From: an uncultured Thermoleophilia bacterium
GTDB lineage: Bacteria > Actinomycetota > Thermoleophilia > UBA2241
Reading direction: 5' to 3'
Assembly: GCA_963741075.1 (NCBI GenBank)
Contig: CAVUGS010000002.1
Location: forward strand, 219,669-283,668
DNA length: 64,000 nucleotides
Shown here in pieces: positions 51,098 to 62,336 of this stretch. Below the pieces are notes generated by a model. That model did no database searches. It saw nothing but the letters and a program-made list of their open reading frames with translations, and was not told the DNA's origin. The translations under genes and the position numbers were made by a program. How positions within the stretch are numbered: the first letter of the stretch is position 1; every line of letters starts with the position of its first letter.

Positions 51098-51889
51098 GTG
51101 TCGCCAGAAGTCCCGGAAGTCCACGAGATGATCCCCGCGGAGCGACGCGCCCGCATCGTCGATCTGGTCAAGGAACGGCGAGCGGTCAGGGTGTCGTCGC
51201 TCAGCGAAGACCTGGGTGTCTCGGGGATGACCATCCGCAGAGACCTCGAGCGTCTCGAGGTCGAGGGCGTTCTCGTGCGCACGCACGGCGGCGCCGTCCT
51301 CAAGCGGCACATGTCGGAGGAGACGCTCTACGTGGAGCGCGAGACCGCGAGCGCCGAGGAGAAGCGCCGCATCGCCGAGCCGCCGCCGCCCTCATCGAGC
51401 CCGGGGAGACGGTGTTCCTCAGCTCGGGGACCACGGCGGCGCAGGTCATCCGGCACATCGACCCCGCGCTCGAGGCCCGCATCGTCACGCACAACGTCGG
51501 GCGCCGTCCAGGAGGCCCGCGGCCTGCGCGTCGAGGTCGTCCTCGTCGGCGGCCTGTACCGGCCGCGCTCCAACGCGGTCAGCGGGCCGCTCGCCCTGGA
51601 GCACATCGGCCGCTTCCACGCCGGCAAGATGCTCATCGGCGTGGACGGCTTCGACCTCGAGGAGGGTCTCACCACGCCCACCATGGGCATGGCCGGCGTG
51701 GAGCGCGCGATGATCGCGCAGACGCGCGGCGAGGTCATCGCGCTGGCCGACGCCTCCAAGATCGGCGTGGTGGCCGACGTCGTCATCTGCGGCCTGGACC
51801 AGGTGGACACGGTGATGGTCGACGACGGCGCCGACAAGAGCGTGCGCGACGAGATCGCGCGACTGGGACTGCGATGCATCGTCGTCTGA
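51098..51889 (+). CDS. DeoR/GlpR family regulator (compensating indels)
   Basis: VSGMTIRRDLERL...HGGA; close paralogue of 17389-18183. Confidence 0.92.
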   Translation: MSPEVPEVHEMIPAERRARIVDLVKERRAVRVSSLSEDLGVSGMTIRRDLERLEVEGVLVRTHGGAVLKRHMSEETLYVERETASAEEKRRIAEPPPPSSSPGRRCSSARGPRRRRSSGTSTPRSRPASSRTTSGAVQEARGLRVEVVLVGGLYRPRSNAVSGPLALEHIGRFHAGKMLIGVDGFDLEEGLTTPTMGMAGVERAMIAQTRGEVIALADASKIGVVADVVICGLDQVDTVMVDDGADKSVRDEIARLGLRCIVV

Positions 51890-51934
51890 GCGCGTCGGAG
51901 CTCGTGTCAGGAAACTCGGACGAAGCGAGGTCGA

Positions 51935-53125
51935 GTGGACGTAGGCAAGGCGAACGAGCTCTTCGAGATGGCGGTGCGCCTCGCGACCGACGCGGAGACG
52001 CTCCGCGACGCGCTGCAGGTCGAGTTCCTCAGCGGCCAGCTGGCCGAGGTGGTGGCCACCGACTACGACCTCGGCGAGGTGCTGCGCGTCGAGCAGATCT
52101 TGGGCGGCTACACCAACCTCAGCTTCGCCGTCGTCGTCGCGGACGCCCGAGGGCGAGCAGCGGTACTTCGTGCGCAAGTACAACCGCGTCAACACCGAGC
52201 GCGAGGTGCAGTTCGAGCACGCGCTCGTCAATCACATCAGCGGCAAGGGGTTCCACATCGCCGCCCAGGTGTACCCGAGCAAGGGCGGCGCGACCTACGT
52301 CACGCGCGAGGAGACCATCGCCGGCGAGCGCGTCACGCGGCTCTTCGCCGTCTACGAGATGCTCGAGGGCGAGGACAAGTACACCTGGATCAGCAACCGC
52401 CTGCACCGACACGGAGTTCGAGAACGGCGCGCGCGTGCTGGCCCGGTTCCACGCGCTCGCCCACGACTTCGACCCCGGCGACCTTGCCCGCGAGCAGCCG
52501 CCGATCATGGACTTCGTCGCGCCAGTTCCCGAGCATCTTCGAGGCCTACGCGGCCGCAGTCCCGGGGCACCGCGTTCGACGAGTACTACCTCGCCAAGCT
52601 GCCGAGCATCCTCGAGGCCGTCCGCAGCGGCGTGGCCATCGGGCGCCGACCTCGAGGGGATGCCGCGGGTCCCGGTGCACTGCGACTATCACCCCGGCAA
52701 CCTCAAGTGGGTCGACGAGCAGGGCGTCGGGCTGTTCGACTTCGACTGGTCCAAGCTCGACTACCGGCTCTTCGACGTCGCGCAGGGCATCGTCTACTTC
52801 TGCAGCTCGTGGGAGGGCCCGGACGACGGCGAGCGTGCGTCTCGACAAGGCGGCCATCTTCGTGCGCGCCTACCAGGACGAGGCGGCGCGCTTCGAGGTC
52901 CCCGGCCCGATGAGCGCCGAGGAGCTGGCCCTGCTGCCGCGCATGGTCGCCAACGCCAACCTGTACATCCTCAACTGGGACCTGATGGCCTACTACGAGG
53001 ACCCGAGCGTCGACGTCGTCGAGTACCTCACCTACCTCGAGTCACCAGGTCCGCTTCATGGAGTACATCGAGGTCACCATCTGCACGAGCTCGCCCACGA
53101 TCGCAGAGGAGGCATGACGGCATGA
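51935..53125 (+). CDS. APH-family phosphotransferase, homoserine kinase type II / hydroxylysine kinase-like (indels)
   Basis: GGYTN loop, HCDYHPGN catalytic loop and LFDFDW. Confidence 0.85.
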   Translation: MDVGKANELFEMAVRLATDAETLRDALQVEFLSGQLAEVVATDYDLGEVLRVEQILGGYTNLSFAVVVADARGRAAVLRAQVQPRQHRARGAVRARARQSHQRQGVPHRRPGVPEQGRRDLRHARGDHRRRARHAALRRLRDARGRGQVHLDQQPPAPTRSSRTARACWPGSTRSPTTSTPATLPASSRRSWTSSRQFPSIFEAYAAAVPGHRVRRVLPRQAAEHPRGRPQRRGHRAPTSRGCRGSRCTATITPATSSGSTSRASGCSTSTGPSSTTGSSTSRRASSTSAARGRARTTASVRLDKAAIFVRAYQDEAARFEVPGPMSAEELALLPRMVANANLYILNWDLMAYYEDPSVDVVEYLTYLESPGPLHGVHRGHHLHELAHDRRGGMTA

Positions 53126-54568
53126 GGTTCGTCGAACTGCTCACGGAGGCGGAGGTACGCCGCACGCACGAGGCCTCGCTCGAGGTCCTCGAGACGGTCG
53201 GCATCCTCGCCCACTTCGCGCCCGCGCGCGAGGTCTTCAAGAAGCACGGCTGCACGGTCGACGACGAGACGGGGCTCGTGCGGTTCCCGGCCGCCGTCGT
53301 CGAGAAGTACCGCAAGATGGCGCCGCCGAGCTTCACGTTCCGCGGCCGCGACCCGCAGTACGACCGCACCATCCCCGACGACGGCCCGATCGTCGTCACC
53401 GGCTCGTCGGCGCCCAACGTCGTCGACCCGGTCACCGGCGTGGAGCGCCGCGCGACGTCGGGCGACATCGCCAACATCGCCCACCTCATCAACGAACTGC
53501 CCGGGTTCGACGTGTTCAGCATCTCCACGCTGGCCGACGACGCGCCCGAGGGGCAGTTCAGCCTGAGCCGGTTCTACCCGGCGCTCAAGAACTGCCTCAA
53601 GCCCGTGCGCAGCAACACGCCGAACATGAACGACCTGCGCCAGGTCGTGGAGCTCGGCGAGCTCATCGCCGGCGGCAAGGAGGCCTACGCCGAGCGGCCG
53701 TGCATCAACCATCACTACTGCCCGATGGTGAGCCCGCTGACCATGGACGTGGACTCCACCGAGGCCGTCATGTGGCTCACCGAGCGCGGTCTGCCGGTGT
53801 ACACGACGGTGGTCCCCAACGCCGGCCTCACCTCGCCGATGACGCTCATGGGCACCCTCGTGGTCGGCAACGCCGAGTTCCTGGCGATCACCGTGTTCCA
53901 GCAGATGGTCAAGGAGGGCACGCCGGTCATCTACGCGAGCCTGCCGACCGTCGCCGACATGCGCACCGGCGCCTACGCGCCGGGCGCCATCGAGACGGGC
54001 ATCCTGCTCGCGGCGCAGGCGCAGCTGGCGCGCTTCTACGGCGTGCCGTCCGGCGGCTACATCGGCCTCACCAACGCGCACTCCAACGACGCGCAGGCCG
54101 GGCTTCGAGACCGGCATGAACACCGTGCTCGGCGTGTCGGCCGGGGCGACGCTGCTCAACATGGGCGGCCTCTTCAGCTCGCTGATGGCGTTCGACTTCG
54201 CCAAGGCGGTCGTCGACAACGAGATCGCGATCATGGACAAGCGCGCCTACCGCGGCCTCGAGTTCAGCGAGGAGAACCTCGCGCTCGACGAGATCGCCGC
54301 GGTGGGCCCCGGCGGCAGCTACATGGGCCGCAAGCACACCAAGGCACGCATGAAGACCACGGCCGTCCTGCCCAAGCTGGCCAACCGCGACATGCGCCAG
54401 CAGTGGGAAGACGCCGGCCGGCCGACGATCCACGACCGCGCCCTCGCCGAGGCGCGCCGCATCCTGGCGCAGCCCAACGAGGCGGTCTGGGACGCCGAGC
54501 TCGACGCGAAGATCAGAGAGCACTTCGCCGGCCTCGTCGCCGGCGACGCGACACCGCTGGAGGGCTGA
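53122..54568 (+). CDS. MttB superfamily methyltransferase, non-pyrrolysine (one indel)
   Basis: VSPLTMD, AGLTSPMTLMG, ADMRTG and YGVPSGGYIGLTNAH (Leu at the Pyl position). Confidence 0.9.
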
Positions 54569-54657
54569 GACCACGAGCTGACCCGAGTCGTACGCGCGAT
54601 GATGCGGCCGCCGCAGGGCGGCCGGCCAACGTTCAACCGGACCAAGAGGTGCATTCC

Positions 54658-55305
54658 ATGGCGGACACAGACCACTTCGACAAGCTCAAGCAGTCGATCA
54701 TCGACCAGGACGAGGACCAGGTCCTCGCCGCCGTCAACGCCGCGCTGGACGACGGCGTCGAGGCCAAGGCCATCATCGACCAGGGCCTGCTTCCGGGCCT
54801 CAACGTGATCGGCGAGCAGTTCGAGTGCGAGGACATCTTCCTCCCCGAGCTCATGCAGGCGGCCCTCGCCTTCCAGTCGGCGATGGTGATCCTCGAGCCG
54901 AAGATCAAGGAGCAGGGCGCGGCGGGCGAGAAGAAGGGCAAGATCGTCCTCGGCACCGTCAAGGGCGACCTCCACTCGATCGGCAAGAACATCCTCAAGC
55001 TCCTCTACGAGACCTCCGGCTTCGAGGTGTGGGACCTGGGCATCGACGTCGACCTCTTCCAGTTCGTCGACAAGGCCAAGGAAGTCGATGCCGACATCAT
55101 CGCCATGTCGGCGCTCCTCACCACCACGCTGGTGGGGCAGAGGGACGTCATCGACGCGCTCAAGGACCAGGGCCAGCGCGACAACTTCAAGGTCATCATC
55201 GGCGGCGGCGCGACCACCAAGGAGTGGGCCGACACCATCGGTGCCGACGGTTGGGCGGCCACGGCGTACGAGGCCGTGACTCTGTCCACCAAGCTGGTCT
55301 CCTGA
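54658..55305 (+). CDS. Methyltransferase cognate corrinoid protein (MtbC/MttC family)
   Basis: IFLPELM, GTVKGDLHSIGKNI (DxHxxG), MSALLTTT and IIGGG. Confidence 0.95.
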   Translation: MADTDHFDKLKQSIIDQDEDQVLAAVNAALDDGVEAKAIIDQGLLPGLNVIGEQFECEDIFLPELMQAALAFQSAMVILEPKIKEQGAAGEKKGKIVLGTVKGDLHSIGKNILKLLYETSGFEVWDLGIDVDLFQFVDKAKEVDADIIAMSALLTTTLVGQRDVIDALKDQGQRDNFKVIIGGGATTKEWADTIGADGWAATAYEAVTLSTKLVS

Positions 55306-55345
55306 GACCCCGCCCGACGACCACGACGACTGCGAGGAGCACGAC

Positions 55346-56729
55346 ATGATCGACCTTATCGAGGTCTTCGATCGCGCCGAGACCGGCCCGCTCACCTCTG
55401 AGACCGACTACTACATGAAGCGCTACGTCCCCAAGCTCACCGAGGTGATCGCGCGTCACAAGGTGAAGTGGGACAAAGCAGACCATCATCAACACCGACG
55501 ACACGCTCACCGACGGCGTGTTCCAGGCGGCCGTGGACCTCATCGCCGAGGCCGGCGCGTACTGCCCCGAGACCAACCGCGTGATGCAGTTCACGCGCGA
55601 CGAGATCGTCCTCGCCTGCGAGCAGGCGCCGAAGGCGGCCACGTTCGGCGAGGGCCGCGAGCGCAACGTCATGCGCGGCCGTCGCCCCGACACCACCGAC
55701 GACCGTCCGTGGGTGCACGTCGGTGGCGGCATCTACACGACCGACGAGCAGGTCTACATGGACACCGTCGAGAAGATGGCGTCCTTCAACATCGTCAACT
55801 CGGTGAGCGTCCCCTCGATCCTGCACCTGCGCGGCAAGGACTCGCGCGTGCGCTCGCCGCAGGAGATCCTCGCGGCCTGCAAGACCGTGCGCCTGGCGCG
55901 TGAGGGCATCCGCCGCTCCGGCCGCGCCGGCCTGCCGATCATCAACGGCATCTCCGCGGCCTCCCAGCCGGCGTCGATGTTCGCCGCGACCTATCCGGAC
56001 TTCGGGCTGCGCCCGAGCGACGGCTTCCTCATCGACTTCCTCTCCGAGATGGTCGTCGGGTACGAGGCGCTGCAGAAGGTCGCCTTCTACAACAGCATCA
56101 GCGCCAACATCGGCTCCACCTCCACGCCGCTCTTCGGCGGCTACGCGGGCGGCGCCGAGGGCGTCGCCGTGACGGCCACCGCGTACATGATCATGGGCAA
56201 CCTGATCTTCCGCGGCAGCTACCACTACAACGCTCCGCTGCACAGCAAGCTGCACCTCTCGTCCACCAAGCCGCTCATCTGGGCGATCGCCATGTCGAAC
56301 GCCGCCATCGGCCGCAACATGGGCTACCCGATGGTCAACCTGCCGTACCTCGGCGGCGGCTCGGGCACCAAGCAGTACCATTACGAAATGGCCTGCTATA
56401 TGCTCGCCGTCGTGACGTCTGGTGGAAACGTCTTCTCGGGTCACCCTGCCATGGCGGTCCAGTCGGACTCGCTGGTCCCGGACGACCACAAGTTCCATGC
56501 CGAGATCGGCCTCGCCGCCTCCAACCTCACGCGCGCCGAGGCCGAGCCGCTCGCCCAGAAGCTCTTCCCGCTCTTCGGCGACAAGCTCAAGGACCCGGAC
56601 AAGGGTCTGACGTTCCAGGAGGTCTACGACATGAAGACCAAGCGGATCGCCAACGCGGACTACCAGAAGGCCATGGACGAGGTCCGCGAGGAGCTCGCCG
56701 GCATGGGTCTCGAGGTCCCCGTTTCGTGA
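55346..56729 (+). CDS. Monomethylamine methyltransferase (MtmB) family protein, non-pyrrolysine (one indel)
   Basis: FDRAETGP, GAYCPETNRV, GRAGL, GGYAGGAEG and DPDKG..FQEVYD; no in-frame TAG. Confidence 0.85.
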
Positions 56730-56760
56730 GCTTGCGTCTCCCTCTACGCTCTTCGCGCGT

Positions 56761-56791
56761 CATCCCCGCCCGCCTCACGGCGGCGGGGATG
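56761..56791 (+). terminator. Hairpin after the MtmB-like gene
   Basis: CATCCCCGCC/GGCGGGGATG inverted repeat. Confidence 0.5.
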
Positions 56792-56884
56792 ACGCCTGTG
56801 GCAGCTCGGCGCGCGACCTGCGCCTTCTCATCAACGCCGACATCCGGACGGCCGGGGGGCCGCTCGTAGAGAAAGGCAGGACGC

Positions 56885-57815
56885 ATGGGAGAGCAGGCCC
56901 ACCTCACGCCTGAGGACATCATCGCCCGTATCGACGACTGGAAGGGCCACGACGTCCGCACCGAAGAGCTCGGCGGCGGCATCACCAACCACAACTACAT
57001 CGTGTGGGTGGACGGCGGCCCCGAGAACGGCGGCAAGAAGTACGTCATGCGCGTGCCCGGCATCGGCACCGACATGTTCATCGACCGGGACGTCGAGCGC
57101 GACTGCATGATCCAGGCCGCCAGGGCGGGCGTGGGGCCGGCGGTCGCCTACCAGATCGACCCCGAGGGCGCCCTCGTCATCGACTTCGTCGAGGGCGAGA
57201 TCCTGCACCCCGAGACGATGGCCGGGCATCCCGACCGCATCAGGCAGTCGGTCGAGACCGTCAAGGTGTTCCACCAGGACTGCGTCTTCAAGAGCGACAT
57301 CCATCTCTTCGACATGCTCCGCAAGTACACCAAGATCGCGCGCGACATCAACGCGCCGATGCCGGAGCGCCTCGAGGCGATGCTCGTGGCCATGGAAGAC
57401 GTGGAGACGGCGACCGCAGCGCAACCCCGTTCCGGCCGTCGCCTGCCACAACGACCTGCTCTCCGAGAACTTCATCATCGACGCCGACGACAAGATGTGG
57501 ATCATCGACTGGGAGTACGGCGGGATGACCGACCCGTACTTCGATCTCGGCGACTACGTGATGGAGCACCCGTTCACCCGGGACGAAGAGCGACTCATCA
57601 TCGAGACGTACTGCGGCGAGATGGACGAGAAGTACTTCGGCCGGCTCATGCTCTACAAGGCGCTCTCGGCCATCTGGTGGGGCGTGTGGGCGATGATCCA
57701 GCACACGGTGTCGCACATCGACTTCGACTACATGGAATGGGGTCTGGAGCGCATCGCACGCGCCGAGAAGGTCGTGGCCGACCCCGACTACCAGCAGTGG
57801 CTGGCGGCACAGTGA
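56885..57815 (+). CDS. Choline/ethanolamine kinase family protein (one indel)
   Basis: GGITNHNY, RVPG, IDRDVE, CHNDLLSENF and IIDWEYGGM. Confidence 0.9.
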
Positions 57816-57852
57816 CAAGGCGACCCGCGTACGCGGCGAAAGGAGGTACGGC

Positions 57853-58800
57853 GTGAGGGTAAGACTCTTCTTCGCCACGGACGTCCATGGCTCGGAGGTC
57901 TGTTGGCGCAAGTTCATCAACTCGGCCAAGCACTACGAGGCCGACGTCCTCATCCTGGGTGGAGACATGACCGGCAAGGCCATCGTGCCGATCACCCAGA
58001 CGGGTCCCGAGCAGTGGCGCTACCACATGCTCGACATCACGCACGAGCTCAACGGTGCGGACGACCTCGCCAAGGCCGAGCGTCTCATCAAGGACCACGG
58101 CTACTATCCCGTGGCTTTGACGCCCGAGGAGCGTGACGAGTACACGAACAACGAGGACAAGCTCGAGGAACTGTTCCACGCCCAGATGCGCAAGACGGTC
58201 GAGGAATGGGTCGAGTGGGCTGACGCGAGGCTCGAGGGCAGCGGCATCCAGTGCATCGTCTGCCCCGGCAACGACGACCGCCTGGACATCGACGATATCC
58301 TCGCGACCTCCAGGCACCTGCAGGTCGGCGAGGGCAACGTGCTCGACCTGCCCGAGGGGTACCAGCTCGCCTCGAGCGGCTGGACCAACCTCACGCCGTG
58401 GGACACCCCGCGCGAAGAAGACGAGCCCAAGCTCAAGGAGCGCATCATGGGCATCGTCAAGCAGGCGACCGTGCCGCCCGAGCGTCTGGTGCTCGGCCTG
58501 CACGCGCCGCCCTACGACACGCAGCTCGACGTGGCCCCGAAGATCGACTGGGAGACGCTCACCGTCCAGGGTCAGGATTCGGCGCACGTCGGTTCCACCG
58601 CCGTCAAGGAGGTGATCGAAGAGGTCCAGCCCATCCTGTCTCTGCACGGGCACATCCACGAGAGCCGGGCGGCCGTGCGCATCGGCCGTACCCTGGCCGT
58701 GAACCCCGGCAGCTCCTACGTGGAGGGCATGGTCGCGGGCGTCGTGGTCGACCTCGATGGCAAGAACAAGCTGAAGCGCTACAGGCTGACCTCCGGGTAA
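57853..58800 (+). CDS. Metallophosphoesterase (calcineurin-like, Icc-related)
   Basis: TDVHG, GGDMTGK, PGNDD, HAPP, GHIHE and NPGS. Confidence 0.92.
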   Translation: MRVRLFFATDVHGSEVCWRKFINSAKHYEADVLILGGDMTGKAIVPITQTGPEQWRYHMLDITHELNGADDLAKAERLIKDHGYYPVALTPEERDEYTNNEDKLEELFHAQMRKTVEEWVEWADARLEGSGIQCIVCPGNDDRLDIDDILATSRHLQVGEGNVLDLPEGYQLASSGWTNLTPWDTPREEDEPKLKERIMGIVKQATVPPERLVLGLHAPPYDTQLDVAPKIDWETLTVQGQDSAHVGSTAVKEVIEEVQPILSLHGHIHESRAAVRIGRTLAVNPGSSYVEGMVAGVVVDLDGKNKLKRYRLTSG

Positions 58801-58879
58801 GAGGGCACCCGGAGCAGCATGGAGGGCCCGACCGCGCGCCTGGCGGTCGGGTGACACGTGACAAAGGGGGACTTAGCTG

Positions 58880-60646
58880 ATGGCGACTGACGCTAGCAAG
58901 TCGGGCGAGCAGACACTGTTCGTCCGCAAGGCGAGTGGCCTGGTAAAGGGCTGGTCGTCGATGGACGGGTTCCGGTATTCGTTCTTCTCCGTGAACCTGT
59001 TCCTCGCGATCTGGTCGATTCGCGTACGCCACCTTCATCCCGGGTGGCAGTCTGTTCTGGTCGATCGTCATCACCGCGATCTTCATCGTCCTCGAGATCA
59101 TCGTGTACGCGGGTCTGATCTCGGCGATGCCGCGCGCGGGTGGCGACTACGTGTGGATGACACGCATCTTCAACAGCGCGATCGGCTTCATCATCGCCGC
59201 TGTAGGCTGGTGGTTCATCCTCTGGCTCTGGACCCCGATCTACGCCGACATGGGCGTCCAGACGACGGTCAAGCCGATCTTCCGCATCCTGGGTCTCAAC
59301 GGGGCGGCCGACTGGCTGAGCAGCCGCACAGGGCATCTTCGTCGCGTCGCTGGTGGTCATCGCCATCGCCTCGATCCTGGTCGCCGTCGGCATGAAGACC
59401 TACGCCAACTTCCAGAAGTGGGCCATGTGGATCGGCCTCGCCGGCGTGATCGTCTGCGGCATCCTGCTGCTCGTCACTTCCGGCGACTCGTTCAAGCAGA
59501 AGTTCAACGACGCCGCCAACAAGTACTACGGCGGCGACAAGGGCATGCTCAACCTCCAGAAGTACGAGACCGACGAGTCCGGCTACTTCGTCTACGACGA
59601 CACCGGTCTTGCCATCAAGACTGTGGAGGGTCGAGACGTACCCCGACGCGTTCACGCAGCTCGAGGCGGTCGGCTCTGGTACGGGCATGCCGACCTCGAC
59701 GTTCTCGGGCGGCCTGAGCTGGGCCACCTGGACGCTCATCCCGTTCATGATGTTCTGGATGGCGTGGCCGAACTGGGGGGCGACCCTCTACGGCGAGGTC
59801 CGAGGGGCCAAGGACTTCCGCAAGAACATCTACCAGATGCTCGGCGGGCTCCTGGTGCCGACGCTGCATCGCCCTCGCCTTCCTTGGGCTGATGACCTGG
59901 AAGGTGGGCTACCAGGCGTTCATGGGGATGATGGCGTCGTGGTGGTACTACTCCACCGCAGGGACGAACATCTCCCCGATCGGCGGCGACTACATCTCGC
60001 CGACGGCGATGATCTCCTGGATCGTGCCCAACGCGGCGTTCCAGGTCATCCTCATCGCCGCCATCTCGCTCCTGCTCTTCGGCTGGTTCGGTACGCTCTT
60101 CCTCTCGTCGACGCGCATGATCTTCGCCTCGGCGTTCGACCGCATCCTGCCTGAGCGCGCGGCCAAGGTGACCTCCGGCGGCGTGCCGACGGTCGCCCTG
60201 CTGCTCATGACGATCCCCTCGATCATCATGGCCGCTCTCTACGCCTACACGCCGATCGACGCCGAGAAGGGCGTGACCATCGTCAAGCTCTTCACCTACG
60301 ACGCGACGGTGGGCATCCTCATCATGTTCCTCGGCTCCGCGCTCGCCTTCATGATCATGCGCTGGCGCGCCCGGGGCATCTGGGAGAACAGCGCGCTGCC
60401 CAAGTCGGGCATCGCCGGCCTCCCGTGGATGTCGATCATCGCCGCCATCTACTCGGCGTTCCTGGTGTTCAACCTCTACCTGTTCGTCAAGGACGCCCTC
60501 TACGGCGTGAACAACAGCAAGTCCGCCATCTTCATGGGCATCCTGTACGTCGCCGCGCTCATCATCTGGGTCGATCGCGTGGTCGACCCGCAAGCGTCAG
60601 GGCATGGCGCTCGGAGACCGTCGCCAAGGAGATCCCGGTCGAGTAG
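58880..60646 (+). CDS. APC family permease (indels)
   Basis: LFVRKASGLVK, MPRAGGDYVW and RMIFASAFDRILP; about 12 TM segments. Confidence 0.88.
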
Positions 60647-60859
60647 TCGCCGCAGGCGGACTACCGTCGCGAGGGCACGAAGTGCCCGCCGAGCGACGTA
60701 AGCACGAGCGGCATCGATTGAAGTGACGTGGGGCGCCGGCGGCGGCCGTAGAGCCGCCGCCGGCGCCCTCACGAAGCGCACACGCAGAGCAGACAAGATC
60801 AGGCAAACCCCCGGGACGGCCTGGGACTTCTGATCAGCGACACAGCGGAGGCCGTATAG

Positions 60860-62263
60860 ATGAAGATAATGACGAGAATGGGTGACTCCTCGAACGTGGA
60901 GCTCACCAAAGACGAGCTGCGCACGGAGTTCATCACGGGCTCCGAAGAAGCGGCGAAGAAGGCCAAGATCCCCGTCCTCACCGAGAACGAGATCGACTAC
61001 CTGGTCGACATGTTCGCGGCGCCGACGCGCATCTGGGGCGTCCAGCGCGGCAACGAAGTCGTCATGACCAAGGACGGCTGCGTCAACGCGCTCAACTCCT
61101 CGCGCATGTCGAGCGGCGTGGTCGCGCCGGTCAACCGCGAGGTCGGCGTGCGCCTCTTCGAGTCGATGCTCGGCTTCGACTCCATGGAGATCTCGCACAA
61201 CGACTACTCGGTGAAGCCGCAGCGGTTCCTCAAGGCGCTCGAGATGCTCCACGTCGAGCTCCTCATGGAGACGACGATCTTCCCGCTGCTCTACGGGTTC
61301 ATGCCGAACCTCGGGCTGTACTACCGCCCGGACGGTTCGTTCGAGAACCCGAGCGACCTCATGCCGATCGGCAAGATCGACGAGGCCCGCAAGACGCAGG
61401 AAGAGGCGGGCAAGGCCTGTCTCGAGGACTGCATCGAGATGAGCGACTGCATGGTCGAGATGGGCGCCGACGGCATCGACTTCGACACCGTCGCGTCGAC
61501 GGGCGACGCGGAGTTCTACTCCGTGCTCAAGGCCTGCGACCACGTCGCCAACGAGACCGGCCTGCCGGTGGAGATCGGCATGTCGGCTGAGATGGTCCTG
61601 GGCTTCCACGGCCAGCTCGAGTACAACGGCAAGCGCCTCGCCGGCATGTGGCCGCACCAGCAGCTGCAGGTCTGCGAAGAGGCCGGCTGCGCGATCTTCG
61701 GCCCGGTGTCCAACACCAACACCAAGAAGACCGTGCCGTGGAACCTCGCCAAGGCGCTCACCTTCGTGAAGGCCTGCACCGAGATCGCCAAGATCCCCGT
61801 GCACCCGAACGTGGGCATGGGCGTCGGCGGCGTGCCGATGTTCGAGACCCCTGCCGTCGACGTCGTGACGCGCTGCAGCGCCGCCATGATCGAGATCGGC
61901 CACGCCGACGGGTTGTAGGTGGGTACTGGTGACCCCGCCGGCATGCACATGGCGCATCTGCTGGCCTCGTCGATGGGTGGGATCCGGGCCGCCGGAGATC
62001 TGGTGGCAAGGATGCAGCTCAGCAAGAAGATGAGGATCACGGAAGCCAAGCAGTACGTCGCCGACAAGCTCCACGTGACGCCGTTCGACCTGTCCGATCC
62101 GACCATGATGCGAGGTCTCAGGGAAGAGCTCGACATCGGGACGATCACGGGCGTGCCCGGCATCGCCAAGGGTCTTGCCGCCAAGGCGCGTATCAGCCAG
62201 CTGCTCGACATCCCCATCAACAGCGTCGAGCAGTTCAAGAACAAGACCGGACTGCACTACTGA
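60860..62263 (+). CDS. mtbB: Dimethylamine:corrinoid methyltransferase with in-frame amber (pyrrolysine) codon 353
   Basis: TRMGD N-terminus, [23 protein letters not shown], then ADGL-TAG(61916-61918)-VGTGDP; 467 aa if read through. Confidence 0.93.
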
Positions 62264-62269
62264 GTCTGT

Positions 62270-62320
62270 GAGGGGGCCGGCCGGCCGCGTCAGCGGCCGG
62301 CCGGCCCTCGTTCTTCTTTC
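62270..62320 (+). terminator. Intrinsic terminator after mtbB
   Basis: GGGCCGGCCGGCCGC/GCGGCCGGCCGGCCC hairpin followed by TTCTTCTTT. Confidence 0.75.
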
Positions 62321-62336
62321 CACCGCGAAGGAGACC

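Noticed and set aside
51037-55305. 1422-aa fusion ORF
   Set aside because: Chance open frame across indel-broken genes; separate RBS/start and stop codons exist for deoR, the kinase, MttB and the corrinoid protein.
60795-60840. c-di-GMP-I riboswitch (GGCAAACC...GGGAC)
   Set aside because: Lacks the GNRA tetraloop, GCAAA junction and second stem.
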